64,000 bases of DNA from Leptospiraceae bacterium (lineage in GTDB: Bacteria > Spirochaetota > Leptospiria > Leptospirales > Leptonemataceae): contig JAVJNR010000010.1 in assembly GCA_040217195.1 (NCBI GenBank), forward strand, positions 1-64,000. Reading direction: 5' to 3'. The translations under genes and the position numbers were made by a program. A model generated the notes under the pieces. It was given only the letters and a program-made list of their open reading frames with translations. It was not told the origin of the DNA and did no database searches. The number at the start of each line of letters is the position of its first letter. The first letter of the stretch is position 1. Below, in pieces: positions 29,064 to 38,931 of the stretch.

Positions 29064-29171
29064 CTTTCGGACGTAAACCGGCACTGCGGCCCGCAAAGCG
29101 GACCTTGTCGATTTCCTCCTGGCTAAGGCCATAGACAGGAGCCAAGCCCTCTAATTTCTTTCTTGAATCGC

Positions 29172-29429
29172 TCACCGCTCCACCTCCAGGACCTGGATTC
29201 CGAGGTCGGACGGAGTGACGCCGAAGTCAGCTTCGAGTGCTCGGATTGCGCGGTAGGTTTCGGTACCTTTGAATGCGTATTTTGGGCGCCGATAGAAAAG
29301 CCTTGTCAGGATTGGATTGCGCAGGTTGTGCTTGCGGCACCATGGCCGAATGGTCCCATGTTCCCGGATTATTCGGGCCTTGACTTCATTGCCCGAAAGG
29401 ATTTCTGCTTGTGTTGTATTTTTGCTCAT
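29172..29429 (-). CDS. Cro/Ner-like small regulator
   Basis: VKARIIREHGTIRPWCRKHNL; divergent from the repressor and first gene of the early operon. Confidence 0.6.
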   Translation of the reverse strand: MSKNTTQAEILSGNEVKARIIREHGTIRPWCRKHNLRNPILTRLFYRRPKYAFKGTETYRAIRALEADFGVTPSDLGIQVLEVER

Positions 29430-29450
29430 GGTATTACCCCGGTTAGGCCG

Positions 29451-29519
29451 ATGTTGCTTGTAGGAAACAATAGATGCGCCGAAGCAACAAGTCAAACCAA
29501 ATGTTGCTCGGAGGAAACA
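29451..29519. promoter_or_regulatory. Operator-like sites between the divergent regulators
   Basis: ATGTTGCT-N3-AGGAAACA at 29451 and 29501, plus an AGCAACA half-site at 29483. Confidence 0.7.
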
Positions 29520-29524
29520 TTTTT

Positions 29525-29920
29525 TTGAGAATAGATAGCGAAATTCAAGAAATGCTCTTGGAAAGGACAGGACTGAAGTATATCCAATTGGCTGAGCTAC
29601 TGGGGTTCAATCGGTCAGTGCTCTCGAAGATTGCCAGCGGCAAGCTGGAGATATCTGCCGAATACAAGATGCGTTGCGTAGAGCGACTCCGCCGACCAGG
29701 ATACCGTTTCAATATTTTCTGGTTTGAGGATCCTGAGAAGCACCCGTTCTGGGTGCCGGAGGACTACTGGCTGAACCAATTCGGACCGGAATTCCAGGTT
29801 CTTGCCCAGATGAAGCCTGATTTCATGGAGGCTCTTAAGCGTGTGGCGCGGCTGCCTCCGGAAAAACAGGAGCGATGGCTCAATATGGCCCGGGACTTGT
29901 TCAATCTGGGAGAGGGGTAA
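29525..29920 (+). CDS. XRE-family HTH repressor (cI-like)
   Basis: GLKYIQLAELLGFNRSVLSKIASG; TTG start after GGAGG (alternative ATG 29552). Confidence 0.75.
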   Translation: MRIDSEIQEMLLERTGLKYIQLAELLGFNRSVLSKIASGKLEISAEYKMRCVERLRRPGYRFNIFWFEDPEKHPFWVPEDYWLNQFGPEFQVLAQMKPDFMEALKRVARLPPEKQERWLNMARDLFNLGEG

Positions 29921-30063
29921 GCGGAAGAAGAAACCCGTGGCAGGATTGTCCTACGGGTCGGTTATAGAAGAATTTGAAAAGTTGTGGAAAACGTGTGTAA
30001 ACGTTTGTGTAGTGTCTCTCTCGGATCCTACGATGTGCCGATCAGATAAAGAGAGGGCGCTCC

Positions 30064-30219
30064 ATGGACTTGGAAGACTACGCAGGGAAAATGGAACAAC
30101 TAATGGGATTACTGGAAGAATTGGAGGAGGAAGCCGAAAGGGAATCGGAAAACGGACGGCAAGCGGAGAGGAGCAAAGGAGTGCTCGAGGTGGCCAGGAG
30201 CCTGCTGGGATTGGAGTAG
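30064..30219 (+). CDS. 51-aa acidic helical peptide (not in the ORF track)
   Basis: MDLEDYAGKMEQLMGLLEELEEEAERE...; GAGAGG RBS. Confidence 0.55.
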   Translation: MDLEDYAGKMEQLMGLLEELEEEAERESENGRQAERSKGVLEVARSLLGLE

Positions 30220-30232
30220 ACCGAGCGTTGAG

Positions 30233-31402
30233 CTAAAATAGATCTACCACATTTGCGCCGCCATTTTGAGCAATCCGCTCCGTTTTCTGGAATACCTTGG
30301 CCCCAATGAGTGAGTCCAAATCCGAATCGGGGAGGCCCATTTTTATGCGAATGAATTCCTTGAAAGCTTTGTTGCTGCTCTCCAGAAGATCAAAGGCTTG
30401 AGGAAGGAAGGTGGGCTCTTCATACGGGACATACTCGTCCCCGGGCTCTGATCGACGGAAACCCATTCTGGACATCTTCTTGTACAATCCCTGGGCCTCC
30501 AGAGAACCGATCAGTTCCAGATCCTTCATCCGGTGGACCACGGCCATCATTGACACCCGCCATTCTCGTTTAAGGTCCATGAGGTCTTCCAATCGGGTCC
30601 CGAAATACTGAACCCGTTCCGCGAAAGTTTCTGATGGCATCAGCAGTGAGGCTGCAAACATATCCGCCTGGCGTTCGATTTCTCGAAAGAGCTTTCTGTT
30701 TAGATCCTTTTCCCTTACTCGACGATGCAGAACCATATGTCCGAGTTCGTGGGCAGCATTGAAACGGAGTCTCCCAGGCGAGTCCTTGATAGAGTCGAGG
30801 AGAATGTATGGACGACCGTCCTTCGGCCAGTAGGAGAAGGCATCGACTGTGTTGGCGATTGCCATCTGGGCAACGACGATCCCTGATTTCTCAATCGAGT
30901 CGACAAGGTTCAAAATCGGGCTTTCATTGTTGAGACCGAGAATGCGCCGTGCCTGTGCGGCCATTGCTTCAATCTCCCTTTTGGAATAGTCTATCCGGGT
31001 TCCATCGAACTGTTCCCAGGCCTTGTGGTCAGGAAAGTCTACATGCTCCTCTATTAGGCTAAAGATTTGCTGGAGCCACTGCACCCGCCTCGTTGCTTGC
31101 TTTTTCAGTTTGGCGGGTAGATCTGCCAGACTTCTGAAAAAGATCAGGTCTTTGCCGGGGACAGGGCCTCGGGGAGAATCATTTTGAAAAAAGTAACGAC
31201 TGGAGACACCCAGGATTTGGCCGAGTTCGTTGACGTTCAATACAGTAGGCGCGGCCTTTCCCGTTTCCCATGACTGTACAGCCGTAGGGGAGACGCCGAG
31301 ACGCCGTCCAATTTCGGCCATTGTTAGCCCCCTGGCTTCTCGAATTGCAGTCAGTCTTTCCCGAGAAAACTCAGGTCGCACTAGCATCCTCCTCTGCTTC
31401 AC
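30233..31402 (-). CDS. XRE HTH fused to ImmA/IrrE (peptidase M78) metallopeptidase
   Basis: REARGLTMAEIGRRLGVS...WETG; RFNAAHELGH; ERQADMFAASLLMP. Confidence 0.92.
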   Translation of the reverse strand: MKQRRMLVRPEFSRERLTAIREARGLTMAEIGRRLGVSPTAVQSWETGKAAPTVLNVNELGQILGVSSRYFFQNDSPRGPVPGKDLIFFRSLADLPAKLKKQATRRVQWLQQIFSLIEEHVDFPDHKAWEQFDGTRIDYSKREIEAMAAQARRILGLNNESPILNLVDSIEKSGIVVAQMAIANTVDAFSYWPKDGRPYILLDSIKDSPGRLRFNAAHELGHMVLHRRVREKDLNRKLFREIERQADMFAASLLMPSETFAERVQYFGTRLEDLMDLKREWRVSMMAVVHRMKDLELIGSLEAQGLYKKMSRMGFRRSEPGDEYVPYEEPTFLPQAFDLLESSNKAFKEFIRIKMGLPDSDLDSLIGAKVFQKTERIAQNGGANVVDLF

Positions 31403-31979
31403 GGGACTTCAGTTTGGGTGCTGGTGTAAGAGTGCTCGGTGCTGCCTCCAAGTAACGGGGGCTGACTGATTTCGCCGATTGAGTGTGGATACTTACAAAC
31501 TCTCCGATTTCCAAGTCATAAAGTGAAGGTTCGACGCGAACATGGCCGTTATTCTGGGGGACGGTATTTAGTACAACAGGTAATAGGCCTTCAAAGTAGA
31601 TATCATCGGGTCGGAACAAGGGCTCTGCTCGGTGGACGCCGAAAAGCCGGAGGGTCTTATTTCGGCGGGAAGAGAAATGCAGCATTATTCTAGTTGCCGA
31701 CCCCTTTCCGTAGACGTAGTTCCATACGTTACCATTTGATGAGTGCTCAATTTTGTAGCCGCCCGCTTTGAGAACAATTTGGAATGCCTTCTGTGCCCGG
31801 TCATGATGTTCTAGCCATATTGCGTTGTACGGTAGATTAGCCTCTCTCCGCTCTTGGGCAGCCTGTTGCCGATCAAGGTAGATTTGGCTCAAACGCTTCG
31901 AAAGCTCTATACAAAGCGTTGGGCCGACATTCTCCTTGATTATCTGTGTGGCTTCGTTGAACGTGAGAGCGGTCTGCAT
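31371..31979 (-). CDS. Hypothetical protein upstream of the ImmA/IrrE fusion
   Basis: Long ORF overlapping the next gene's start. Confidence 0.65.
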   Translation of the reverse strand: MQTALTFNEATQIIKENVGPTLCIELSKRLSQIYLDRQQAAQERREANLPYNAIWLEHHDRAQKAFQIVLKAGGYKIEHSSNGNVWNYVYGKGSATRIMLHFSSRRNKTLRLFGVHRAEPLFRPDDIYFEGLLPVVLNTVPQNNGHVRVEPSLYDLEIGEFVSIHTQSAKSVSPRYLEAAPSTLTPAPKLKSREAEEDASAT

Positions 31980-32270
31980 GGATTCAACCGGAGGATTCCT
32001 TCCGAGAATTGCAATTAAAAAATGCGGGAAAATTTCCGAATTTGCCAACTTTGGGGTCTTTTTCTGGGAGATTCAGGCCAAACCCTTTGATTTCTGGTGG
32101 ATGTACGCTCCTTATCAATAGAAATGAGACATAATTTGTATTATCGGAAGAGATCTATCGAACCTGGGACAGTGCCAGTGCATAGCAGGCTCCTGCTACG
32201 TACTGCAAAAAGTGCTTGTAGGAGCCCTTTACGAATACACTTTTTGGGTCGAGATTAAAAGGGGGTTACC

Positions 32271-32534
32271 ATGGGTCGAACGCAACAAGCCAGTGAAGCA
32301 ACGGAAGGCGCTCCTTCCGCTTTTGTGGACGTATCGAAACGGATTTTTAATACCGTCCCAGAAATATTGGCTCAGATTCGTGCGGAGTCCGCGCAGCAAG
32401 CCATCAGAAAACTCGAAAAAGACCAAGGCAAGGATCTCGAAGAACTAATCGAAAAGGTCATGAGCGATCATGAGGCACGAAACCAGGCGTTTGCGAATGC
32501 CTTGGAGCGCGCCACATCATCGAAAAAAAAGTGA
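32271..32534 (+). CDS. Hypothetical helical protein
   Basis: AGGGGG RBS; paired with the next gene. Confidence 0.6.
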   Translation: MGRTQQASEATEGAPSAFVDVSKRIFNTVPEILAQIRAESAQQAIRKLEKDQGKDLEELIEKVMSDHEARNQAFANALERATSSKKK

Positions 32535-32537
32535 TTC

Positions 32538-33431
32538 GTGTCCTATATCGTTCTCATCGCGCTACCTGGAGTAGTGTTCTTGCTACTAATGCGCTACTTG
32601 CGTCCCGATCGGTCCCAGGTCGGATGGGAACACCTGTTGCGGGCAGTTCTCATGGGGGTGTTTTCAATTTACCTGGCTTTCACCTTCAAAGATATGACGG
32701 GAAGTGGGGGCGATTTTCCATGCATTACCAGTGAATGCGTTAGTATCGAAAACCTTCTTCAAGACTCCACATTCCAGTCCGCATATGCCTTCTCATTTGC
32801 TGTCGCAGTTCTCTTGGCCTTTGCGACAAACATTTCCATATGGTTTCTCCATTTGAGGTGGCCCTCCCGAATTCTTGTTGGGCTATTTCGTTTCAAGAAT
32901 ATGCCTGGACAGACAGATGATCCTCTGCTCGGGCTCAAACCACATCAACCCTACTTTGTTTCTTTGCAGGATGGCCAAGTTTATCTTGGGCTATATATCG
33001 CCCACACCAGAGATCCGGATGCAGAGGATAGAACTTTGGTCTTTCAGGTCTTCCTAAGTGGGCGCCGAGTCGATACGCCAAGGTCTTATGTTCGTTATAA
33101 TTACGTTTCGCCATACACTGCGCACCGGAAGACGTACATTCCCTTTGATTCTATCCTTTCGATCAGCGAATTTCGCTTTGATGGATTTATGAATACCGTT
33201 ACGCGGGGATATAGTGAACTATCGCGCTCGGATATAAGGCGCCTATGGACCAATTTTCTTCAATGCGGCTATATGAGGTATGAGGATTTCTTCCCTGAGT
33301 CACCAAATTATGTGTTCCGCGATGAACCGCCAATTTCAGACAACTTCTCGAGCCCTGCACGAGAACCCCCGAGCCGACCTCGTCCGAAAAAGAAATCAGC
33401 CATAAAGAAACGATCTACAAAAAGGGAATAG
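32538..33431 (+). CDS. Hypothetical membrane protein (three N-terminal TM segments)
   Basis: Hydrophobic N-terminal third followed by a soluble domain. Confidence 0.7.
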   Translation: MSYIVLIALPGVVFLLLMRYLRPDRSQVGWEHLLRAVLMGVFSIYLAFTFKDMTGSGGDFPCITSECVSIENLLQDSTFQSAYAFSFAVAVLLAFATNISIWFLHLRWPSRILVGLFRFKNMPGQTDDPLLGLKPHQPYFVSLQDGQVYLGLYIAHTRDPDAEDRTLVFQVFLSGRRVDTPRSYVRYNYVSPYTAHRKTYIPFDSILSISEFRFDGFMNTVTRGYSELSRSDIRRLWTNFLQCGYMRYEDFFPESPNYVFRDEPPISDNFSSPAREPPSRPRPKKKSAIKKRSTKRE

Positions 33432-33537
33432 ACGACCAGAATTACTCTGGAGCTTCCGTGATCTCGTTTCTATGCTGGTCTGATGGTTCAGCGCGACAAA
33501 TCTTCCCACGTTGGTGTCAGACTGATAGGATCAGCTG

Positions 33538-33756
33538 TTAGCTCCAGCTCCCTTCCCCTGGTTGATCCGTGATGGTCGCCGGAGCCCCGGCTGCATGCGC
33601 GTCCGTCTGGCCGTTCACCGTTACATTGACCGTTCCGGACTTGATGAACCGCTCTACAATCGCTGCATATTCGGCGTTGAATTGTTCTACAGTCTCGATA
33701 TCATCCCGTTTCATTAGAGCATTGAGCTCCGATTCGAAGGTTGCCTTGTCTGCCAT
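33538..33756 (-). CDS. Small baseplate/spike-associated protein
   Basis: GGAGG RBS; follows the spike gene. Confidence 0.6.
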   Translation of the reverse strand: MADKATFESELNALMKRDDIETVEQFNAEYAAIVERFIKSGTVNVTVNGQTDAHAAGAPATITDQPGEGSWS

Positions 33757-33770
33757 TTGATCCTCCAGTC

Positions 33771-34430
33771 CTATGGTCCAACCTGCATGGGCTTCGAAGC
33801 CGGGCCAGGGAACGATGCCTTCAGGTGCCCATGCTTGGAAGCTGGCATTTCTTCCGGAGTACCTTTCTTCCAGGTGACTTCGCCGGTCACATCCAGGTCG
33901 CCCTCGATGCGCACCTTGTCCGTTTTGATTGTGATTTCATCGCTGGAGAAATCGATCTTGAAGACCGTTTCCGTTCCCTTCTTGATTACATACTCTTCAT
34001 CCTTGTAGCGGACACTCCAGCCGGAAGGATGAAAGTCCGCAAAGTCTTCGCTGTCTCCGGCTTCGACGAAGCTACCGGACTCGGGCGTTTTCTCGAATTG
34101 CTCCAGATCCTTAGAATGCTTCTCCTGTCCAGGAGTAGGATACCAGTTCACGACCACCGGGTTTTCAGGGGAACCGCCTACGAAATCGATAAGGACTCTC
34201 TGGCCCTCCCGGAACTCTGCCAGTCGGCCCTTTGCCTCTGCGTCTATGACCGATCCCCCCGGGAGTAATACGTTCTCCAGGTAGTCTCCTGTCAGCGTCT
34301 GGACATTGCACCGGAATCGACTCTTCACTTTATCAATGTATCCCCAGAGCGCCGGTGCTCCCCGGCGGGTCAGTGGAGCGGCGAGCGCCTTGAGGCCGAT
34401 TCCGATGGGCCTTTCGTCAATCATGCCCAT
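33771..34430 (-). CDS. Baseplate central spike (gpV/gp5-like)
   Basis: OB-like GQRVLIDFVGG...PVV, HPSG, beta-strand repeats IEGDLDVTGEV, terminal HGH. Confidence 0.75.
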   Translation of the reverse strand: MGMIDERPIGIGLKALAAPLTRRGAPALWGYIDKVKSRFRCNVQTLTGDYLENVLLPGGSVIDAEAKGRLAEFREGQRVLIDFVGGSPENPVVVNWYPTPGQEKHSKDLEQFEKTPESGSFVEAGDSEDFADFHPSGWSVRYKDEEYVIKKGTETVFKIDFSSDEITIKTDKVRIEGDLDVTGEVTWKKGTPEEMPASKHGHLKASFPGPASKPMQVGP

Positions 34431-36310
34431 CAGAAGACCTCCAGAAAGAACGTGCGATTGCCGTTTATGGAGGTGACACCTACCAGATAAACCAGAGAAT
34501 TCCCATCCTGGCGGATCCCGGTTATTCGCGTAGACCGGATCCGGGGGTCTGCCTCTATCTTCGCCAGGAGCCGGTCTATGTAACGGTCTTTGAAGAAGTT
34601 TTCCTGGACTTCCCCTATCTTTGCGGGGTTGCCAAAATCAGGATACATTGGCAGTCCGCCCTCCGGCGTATCGATCTGGTCGATCACATTGTTCATCAGT
34701 GCTGGCTCACCCTCGACCACATCCAGATCTCCGTTCGCAGCCACGGCGAAATCCCTCTGGTCCGTAAGTGCCAGGTCTTCCCCGAGCACTCCCCGTTCAA
34801 TATCGGCATTCGTCGGGCTGGCCGGTTGGGAGGCCCACACCTGGAGGTTATGCCCGTAGGGAATTTTAATGGATTCGCTTACGATTCCCTGCCCTCTTCT
34901 CTTCCGATTGTATGCCGCAAGTGCGGAACCCAGATCAGGGTCCTGCATGTACTTCTCTGCGAGCGATTCCCAGGTGTCTCCACCTATGGCTTTGTGGATG
35001 ATGTACTGATTGTCTGTCGCGGCCTTCTTTATATAGGCCTCCAGATCAATCACCGCTGATTTCGCCTCCAGCAGTTGCTCATAGTAAGGTATTTCTATCA
35101 ACGATTCGAAGTTTGATTCCGGGGTTGCCGCATAGGATTCCAGTGGTTGGTTCGGAGAGACGGTAATCAGTCCGAGTTCATCCATGGCAGCCTGAATCTC
35201 CTGGGCCATTTCTCGGAGACGGCGCTGGAACTCGGCTCTCGCAGAATTGGCCTTCTGAATTGCATTTTGTTCTTCTGGCTCTTCCCGAAAGCCCCGCCCT
35301 ACGTTGGCAAACGCTTCGGTGAAGTTGTTGGAAGCCAGACGGCCATCGCTTGAAAAGACTCCCCGCATCGTATCCCAGGAATTCTGGAGCTCGGTTCCTA
35401 TCCGGGAAAGGTTCTTGAAGGCACCCGACATTCTGAGGAACCGGCCTGATAGCTCTGTAGGGAAGTTGACGATGTCCTTCAGATCCTGCATGACCCCGCC
35501 GATTCCCGCTTCAATATTTGCATTGAAGTACCTTTCGAGCTTGTTGGGCAGCTCGAAAGCGGTGTCTTTTTCGTCCTGTATGACGACCAATCCGATTTCC
35601 CACTTGTATGTGTTCGTATCCTGAGTGCTTCGAGAAATCTTGAAACCATCGGGCTGCACTACCACTTCCACATGGCGCCGTCTTGCGTAATCGTGGAACA
35701 TTAAAGCAAAGTTGGAGTAGCTGAACGGGTCTTTCTTCTCCTTGAATTTTGTGAGAATTGCAGCTGCCTGCTTATCCTCCGGTTCATAGAGAATCTTCTC
35801 ATCCCATACCCCGGACATGATTGCCAGAAAGTCAAAGAACTCCATCTCCCCGGACCGGAGTCCCCCCATCCCGGGGACCGGAATGACCCTTTCCATGTAA
35901 CCAACCGAGCGATCGTATAGCTTTTTCGCTGTCCCCGAGTAATCAGTAACGAGCCCCTTTGCATCGTCATAGATTGACTTGGCACCTTCAGTAACATCGC
36001 CGAATCCCAGGCCTTCCTCTCCATCATCGAAACGATCCAGGAAGGATCCGCCTTCGGAGCCCTGGGGCGGTCGAGCCAGAAAGTGAATGTGAAACTCGCC
36101 TTCCAGGGAAAGTATGTTATTGTCCGGGCCGTAATCCACCGTGGAGGACCCGCGATGACCGAAGGTGGGCATTGTGCGGACCCGGAACTTGTATTGCTCG
36201 GAGTAGCGGACTGGCCCGTTCAATAGGAAATATTCTCCCAGGGTTTCACTGGAAGGCTGTCCGTTGTCCTTTCGGGACCTGAGTTCGAATGAGAACAGAT
36301 TCTCGGCCAC
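34430..36310 (-). CDS. Baseplate protein with LysM-like and gp25/gpW-like C-terminal domains
   Basis: GDTWESLAEKY...LAAYN...IKIP; NGDLDVVEG...TPEGGLPMYPDFG...DPRI. Confidence 0.7.
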   Translation of the reverse strand: MAENLFSFELRSRKDNGQPSSETLGEYFLLNGPVRYSEQYKFRVRTMPTFGHRGSSTVDYGPDNNILSLEGEFHIHFLARPPQGSEGGSFLDRFDDGEEGLGFGDVTEGAKSIYDDAKGLVTDYSGTAKKLYDRSVGYMERVIPVPGMGGLRSGEMEFFDFLAIMSGVWDEKILYEPEDKQAAAILTKFKEKKDPFSYSNFALMFHDYARRRHVEVVVQPDGFKISRSTQDTNTYKWEIGLVVIQDEKDTAFELPNKLERYFNANIEAGIGGVMQDLKDIVNFPTELSGRFLRMSGAFKNLSRIGTELQNSWDTMRGVFSSDGRLASNNFTEAFANVGRGFREEPEEQNAIQKANSARAEFQRRLREMAQEIQAAMDELGLITVSPNQPLESYAATPESNFESLIEIPYYEQLLEAKSAVIDLEAYIKKAATDNQYIIHKAIGGDTWESLAEKYMQDPDLGSALAAYNRKRRGQGIVSESIKIPYGHNLQVWASQPASPTNADIERGVLGEDLALTDQRDFAVAANGDLDVVEGEPALMNNVIDQIDTPEGGLPMYPDFGNPAKIGEVQENFFKDRYIDRLLAKIEADPRIRSTRITGIRQDGNSLVYLVGVTSINGNRTFFLEVF

Positions 36311-36341
36311 GGATTGAGTCTATAGTTGCAGGCTCCATCGG
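36311..36341 (-). promoter_or_regulatory. Putative leaderless late promoter
   Basis: CCGAT-N14-TAGACT-N6-GTG. Confidence 0.72.
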
Positions 36342-36362
36342 TCCACGCAGCGAGCCGTTTGC

Positions 36363-36396
36363 CCGATGAAAATATAGCGTATTATTATCGGGCGCA
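36363..36396 (+). promoter_or_regulatory. Putative late promoter (variant spacing)
   Basis: CCGAT-N15-TATTAT-N8-ATG. Confidence 0.55.
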
Positions 36397-37545
36397 ATGG
36401 CGCTGAGCAGATATATCCCGCGTGCGGACGTAGAATACCGCCAGGCACTCGTCAACTACCTGATCTCCAGAGCTTCGCGCCTGTCCAACTTCGGTCCCGG
36501 ATCCCGCATTGGCTCATTGCTGGAAGGTATCGCCATCGTCCTGGCCCGGGGAGACCGGGAAACACTACAGGGCTTCGAGGCTGAAGCGGTAAATGCCGTC
36601 TATGAAGTGTTTGGCTTCCCCCTTCTCCCGGGGCTAAAGGCAACCGGACTGCTCCGCCTGGAGAAATCCGGACATACCCAGGCAATCAATTATCCGATCT
36701 TTACGATCGATCTTTTCGGTCTGCGGTTTGAGACCGTGGAACCTATTACGCTTCCCGTGGGCCAGAATGTGGTTCTGGTAGAATCCCGGGCCATAGAGCC
36801 CGGCGTTTCCGGAAATATTCGCGCCGGGGAGATCGATACCCTGGATGGTCGTGGAACGATATCCCCTCAGATCGAACCCGGAACCCGGGTTTGGAATCCG
36901 GCCCCTTTTGAGGGAGGCACCCAGCTTGAGACGGAGGAATCGCGAGCTGGTCGATTCAGGGATTTCATCAACAACCTGGGCCGTAGCACCCTGCGGGGTA
37001 TATACAATGCGGTCATTTCTATCCCCGGTGTGGCCGGAGCCGTAGTAAACGACAACATCAACCCTATTTCTCTTCTGCCTCAGACCGGATGGGTCAATGT
37101 CTATGTGTCGGATGGAACCTCGAGCCCTCCACAATCGTTGCTTGATGAAGTGAAGAAGGTAGTCGTTGGCGAACTGCACCATCCAGACTACCTGGGGTAT
37201 GCGGCGGGTGGGGCCAGAGTCTACGTTGGCTCGGTTGAGGTGACGGCCGTTAATGTATCCTATGAATACGTCCTTGTAGAAGGAAGCTCCCTGACAGACC
37301 AGGAAGCGGAAGAGAAAATTGAGCAGGCGGCCATCGGATACATCAACTCCCTTCCCATCGGCCAGGACGTGCTCTTCGAAACTCTTCAGGCCCGGATGCT
37401 CACGGCTCATCCAGATATCCTGAGATTGAATCTACTGTCTCCAGGATCAGATGTCGTGATTCAAGATCAAGACCTGCCACGGATCGGAGGGGTCTCCGGG
37501 GGAACCATATCGGGAACGGCGCTGCCCCGGGAGGTCCCCGAGTGA
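36397..37545 (+). CDS. Baseplate J/gp47-family wedge protein
   Basis: NFGPGS..GSLLE, PGVSGN, GGTQLETEESR..RF, IPGV..A. Confidence 0.88.
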   Translation: MALSRYIPRADVEYRQALVNYLISRASRLSNFGPGSRIGSLLEGIAIVLARGDRETLQGFEAEAVNAVYEVFGFPLLPGLKATGLLRLEKSGHTQAINYPIFTIDLFGLRFETVEPITLPVGQNVVLVESRAIEPGVSGNIRAGEIDTLDGRGTISPQIEPGTRVWNPAPFEGGTQLETEESRAGRFRDFINNLGRSTLRGIYNAVISIPGVAGAVVNDNINPISLLPQTGWVNVYVSDGTSSPPQSLLDEVKKVVVGELHHPDYLGYAAGGARVYVGSVEVTAVNVSYEYVLVEGSSLTDQEAEEKIEQAAIGYINSLPIGQDVLFETLQARMLTAHPDILRLNLLSPGSDVVIQDQDLPRIGGVSGGTISGTALPREVPE

Positions 37546-38129
37546 GCGAAATCTTCCAGCTACTGCCCTTCTTTAATCAAACCGGTCCCGTGTTTCGGGA
37601 TCTGGTCGGCGATCCGAACAGGAATGAACTGGATCCGGTCCAGGCAATCAACGATATCAACAAGGGAGCCATTGAAAACAGTATCGAATGGCACCTCCGC
37701 TTCCAACGGCGGGCCGTGCATGAAGTGGATCTTCGGAATGCGCGGGGAATATTTCTACGAAAGTGGGCAGATATCTATGGGATCCCCCGCCCCCCATCGA
37801 TGTCGGATGAAGACTTCATCGGCTACATGATTGGTCGCATCCTCTCCGTAAGCTCAGCCCGACCGGCACTGGTGAGCATCTTTCCTGAGCCAAAGTATCA
37901 GGTCTTCGGCTGCGCACAGGTCGGGGCATTCCTGGATGTTTGTTACTACAATGTGGGTGTTCAGGACCCCAAGAAGACGAAAGTTCGCATGGCGAGCTCA
38001 GTTCTTACGTTCGGCACCAACTCGATCTATGTCTACGTAAAGGATCCGGACCATATCGGCTCCGAGATTAAGAAGAAATTGTATGATACCCTGGCCGCCG
38101 GATTCGCGGTCTACGCAGGAGTCTATTGA
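37542..38129 (+). CDS. Baseplate wedge protein (gpI-like)
   Basis: ARGIFLRKWADIYGIPR...SDEDF; follows baseplate J. Confidence 0.7.
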   Translation: MSEIFQLLPFFNQTGPVFRDLVGDPNRNELDPVQAINDINKGAIENSIEWHLRFQRRAVHEVDLRNARGIFLRKWADIYGIPRPPSMSDEDFIGYMIGRILSVSSARPALVSIFPEPKYQVFGCAQVGAFLDVCYYNVGVQDPKKTKVRMASSVLTFGTNSIYVYVKDPDHIGSEIKKKLYDTLAAGFAVYAGVY

Positions 38130-38899
38130 TGACAACGGTGGAAATCCCCTCTCAAGATAATGAAGTTAAGATCCTCTATGTGGAACCGCTCAGAAGGATT
38201 GAGTCTGAGGACATTAACACGGCGACCGGAGTGAACTTCGAGGGTTCTCAGCTTAAAATCGCAACCCTGGTTGCAAGAGCGATCATTGGCAAGGATCTAA
38301 CGGACACTTGCTATCTGGGATTCAAGCCACCTTCATTTACATCTACGGAAATATCCGTTCAGCGTGGTGTCATTATCACGGAAGAGGCAGTCTTTCAAAT
38401 AGCCCCGACCACTTTGACGCCGACCCCGGAAGCCCACTATGGCATCTATGAATGCGAATTTGTGGAAGAGATTGTGGACGAGGAGGCCCGGGACTTCTGG
38501 AACGCTGCCACAGAGGAAGCGGATCCTGCCATGAGCCCGACCCGAAAAAGATTCGGGATCAAAGTCTACGAGAAATACAATACGTCGGCCAGCTACCCGG
38601 CTGTCACCCCGGGCCGGTTTGAGCTTTTAAGATATCAAAAGCTGGCCGCATTTCAGGCGATTGACGATGTCCAGCTCCAGATCCAGACGGACTTTGATCT
38701 GATTACCGTGACCGACAATATTTCCCAGCTTTTCAGCGAACTAACAACGGAAATAGCAGAACGGCAGTCAGCGGATGATCTGAAAAACTTTATCAGAACA
38801 AGCATTCCCGGTCCTCCAGGAAACCAGGTATTTTTCCGGCAGGATGGAAATTATCTCTACTGGTCTAACGATGGGAGTACCTGGCGCCCTTTCGCATAA
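38126..38899 (+). CDS. Tail fibre / baseplate attachment protein
   Basis: Position after the wedge genes; coiled coil ELTTEIAERQSAD; ends at a slippery site. Confidence 0.6.
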   Translation: MMTTVEIPSQDNEVKILYVEPLRRIESEDINTATGVNFEGSQLKIATLVARAIIGKDLTDTCYLGFKPPSFTSTEISVQRGVIITEEAVFQIAPTTLTPTPEAHYGIYECEFVEEIVDEEARDFWNAATEEADPAMSPTRKRFGIKVYEKYNTSASYPAVTPGRFELLRYQKLAAFQAIDDVQLQIQTDFDLITVTDNISQLFSELTTEIAERQSADDLKNFIRTSIPGPPGNQVFFRQDGNYLYWSNDGSTWRPFA

Positions 38900-38931
38900 C
38901 GCCCTCGTCTGGCCCGGTGGCGGGCGGGGGC
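38887..38931 (+). other. Putative programmed -1 ribosomal frameshift signal
   Basis: C CCT TTC heptamer, 7-nt spacer, 11-bp stem (38901-38911/38921-38931). Confidence 0.7.
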
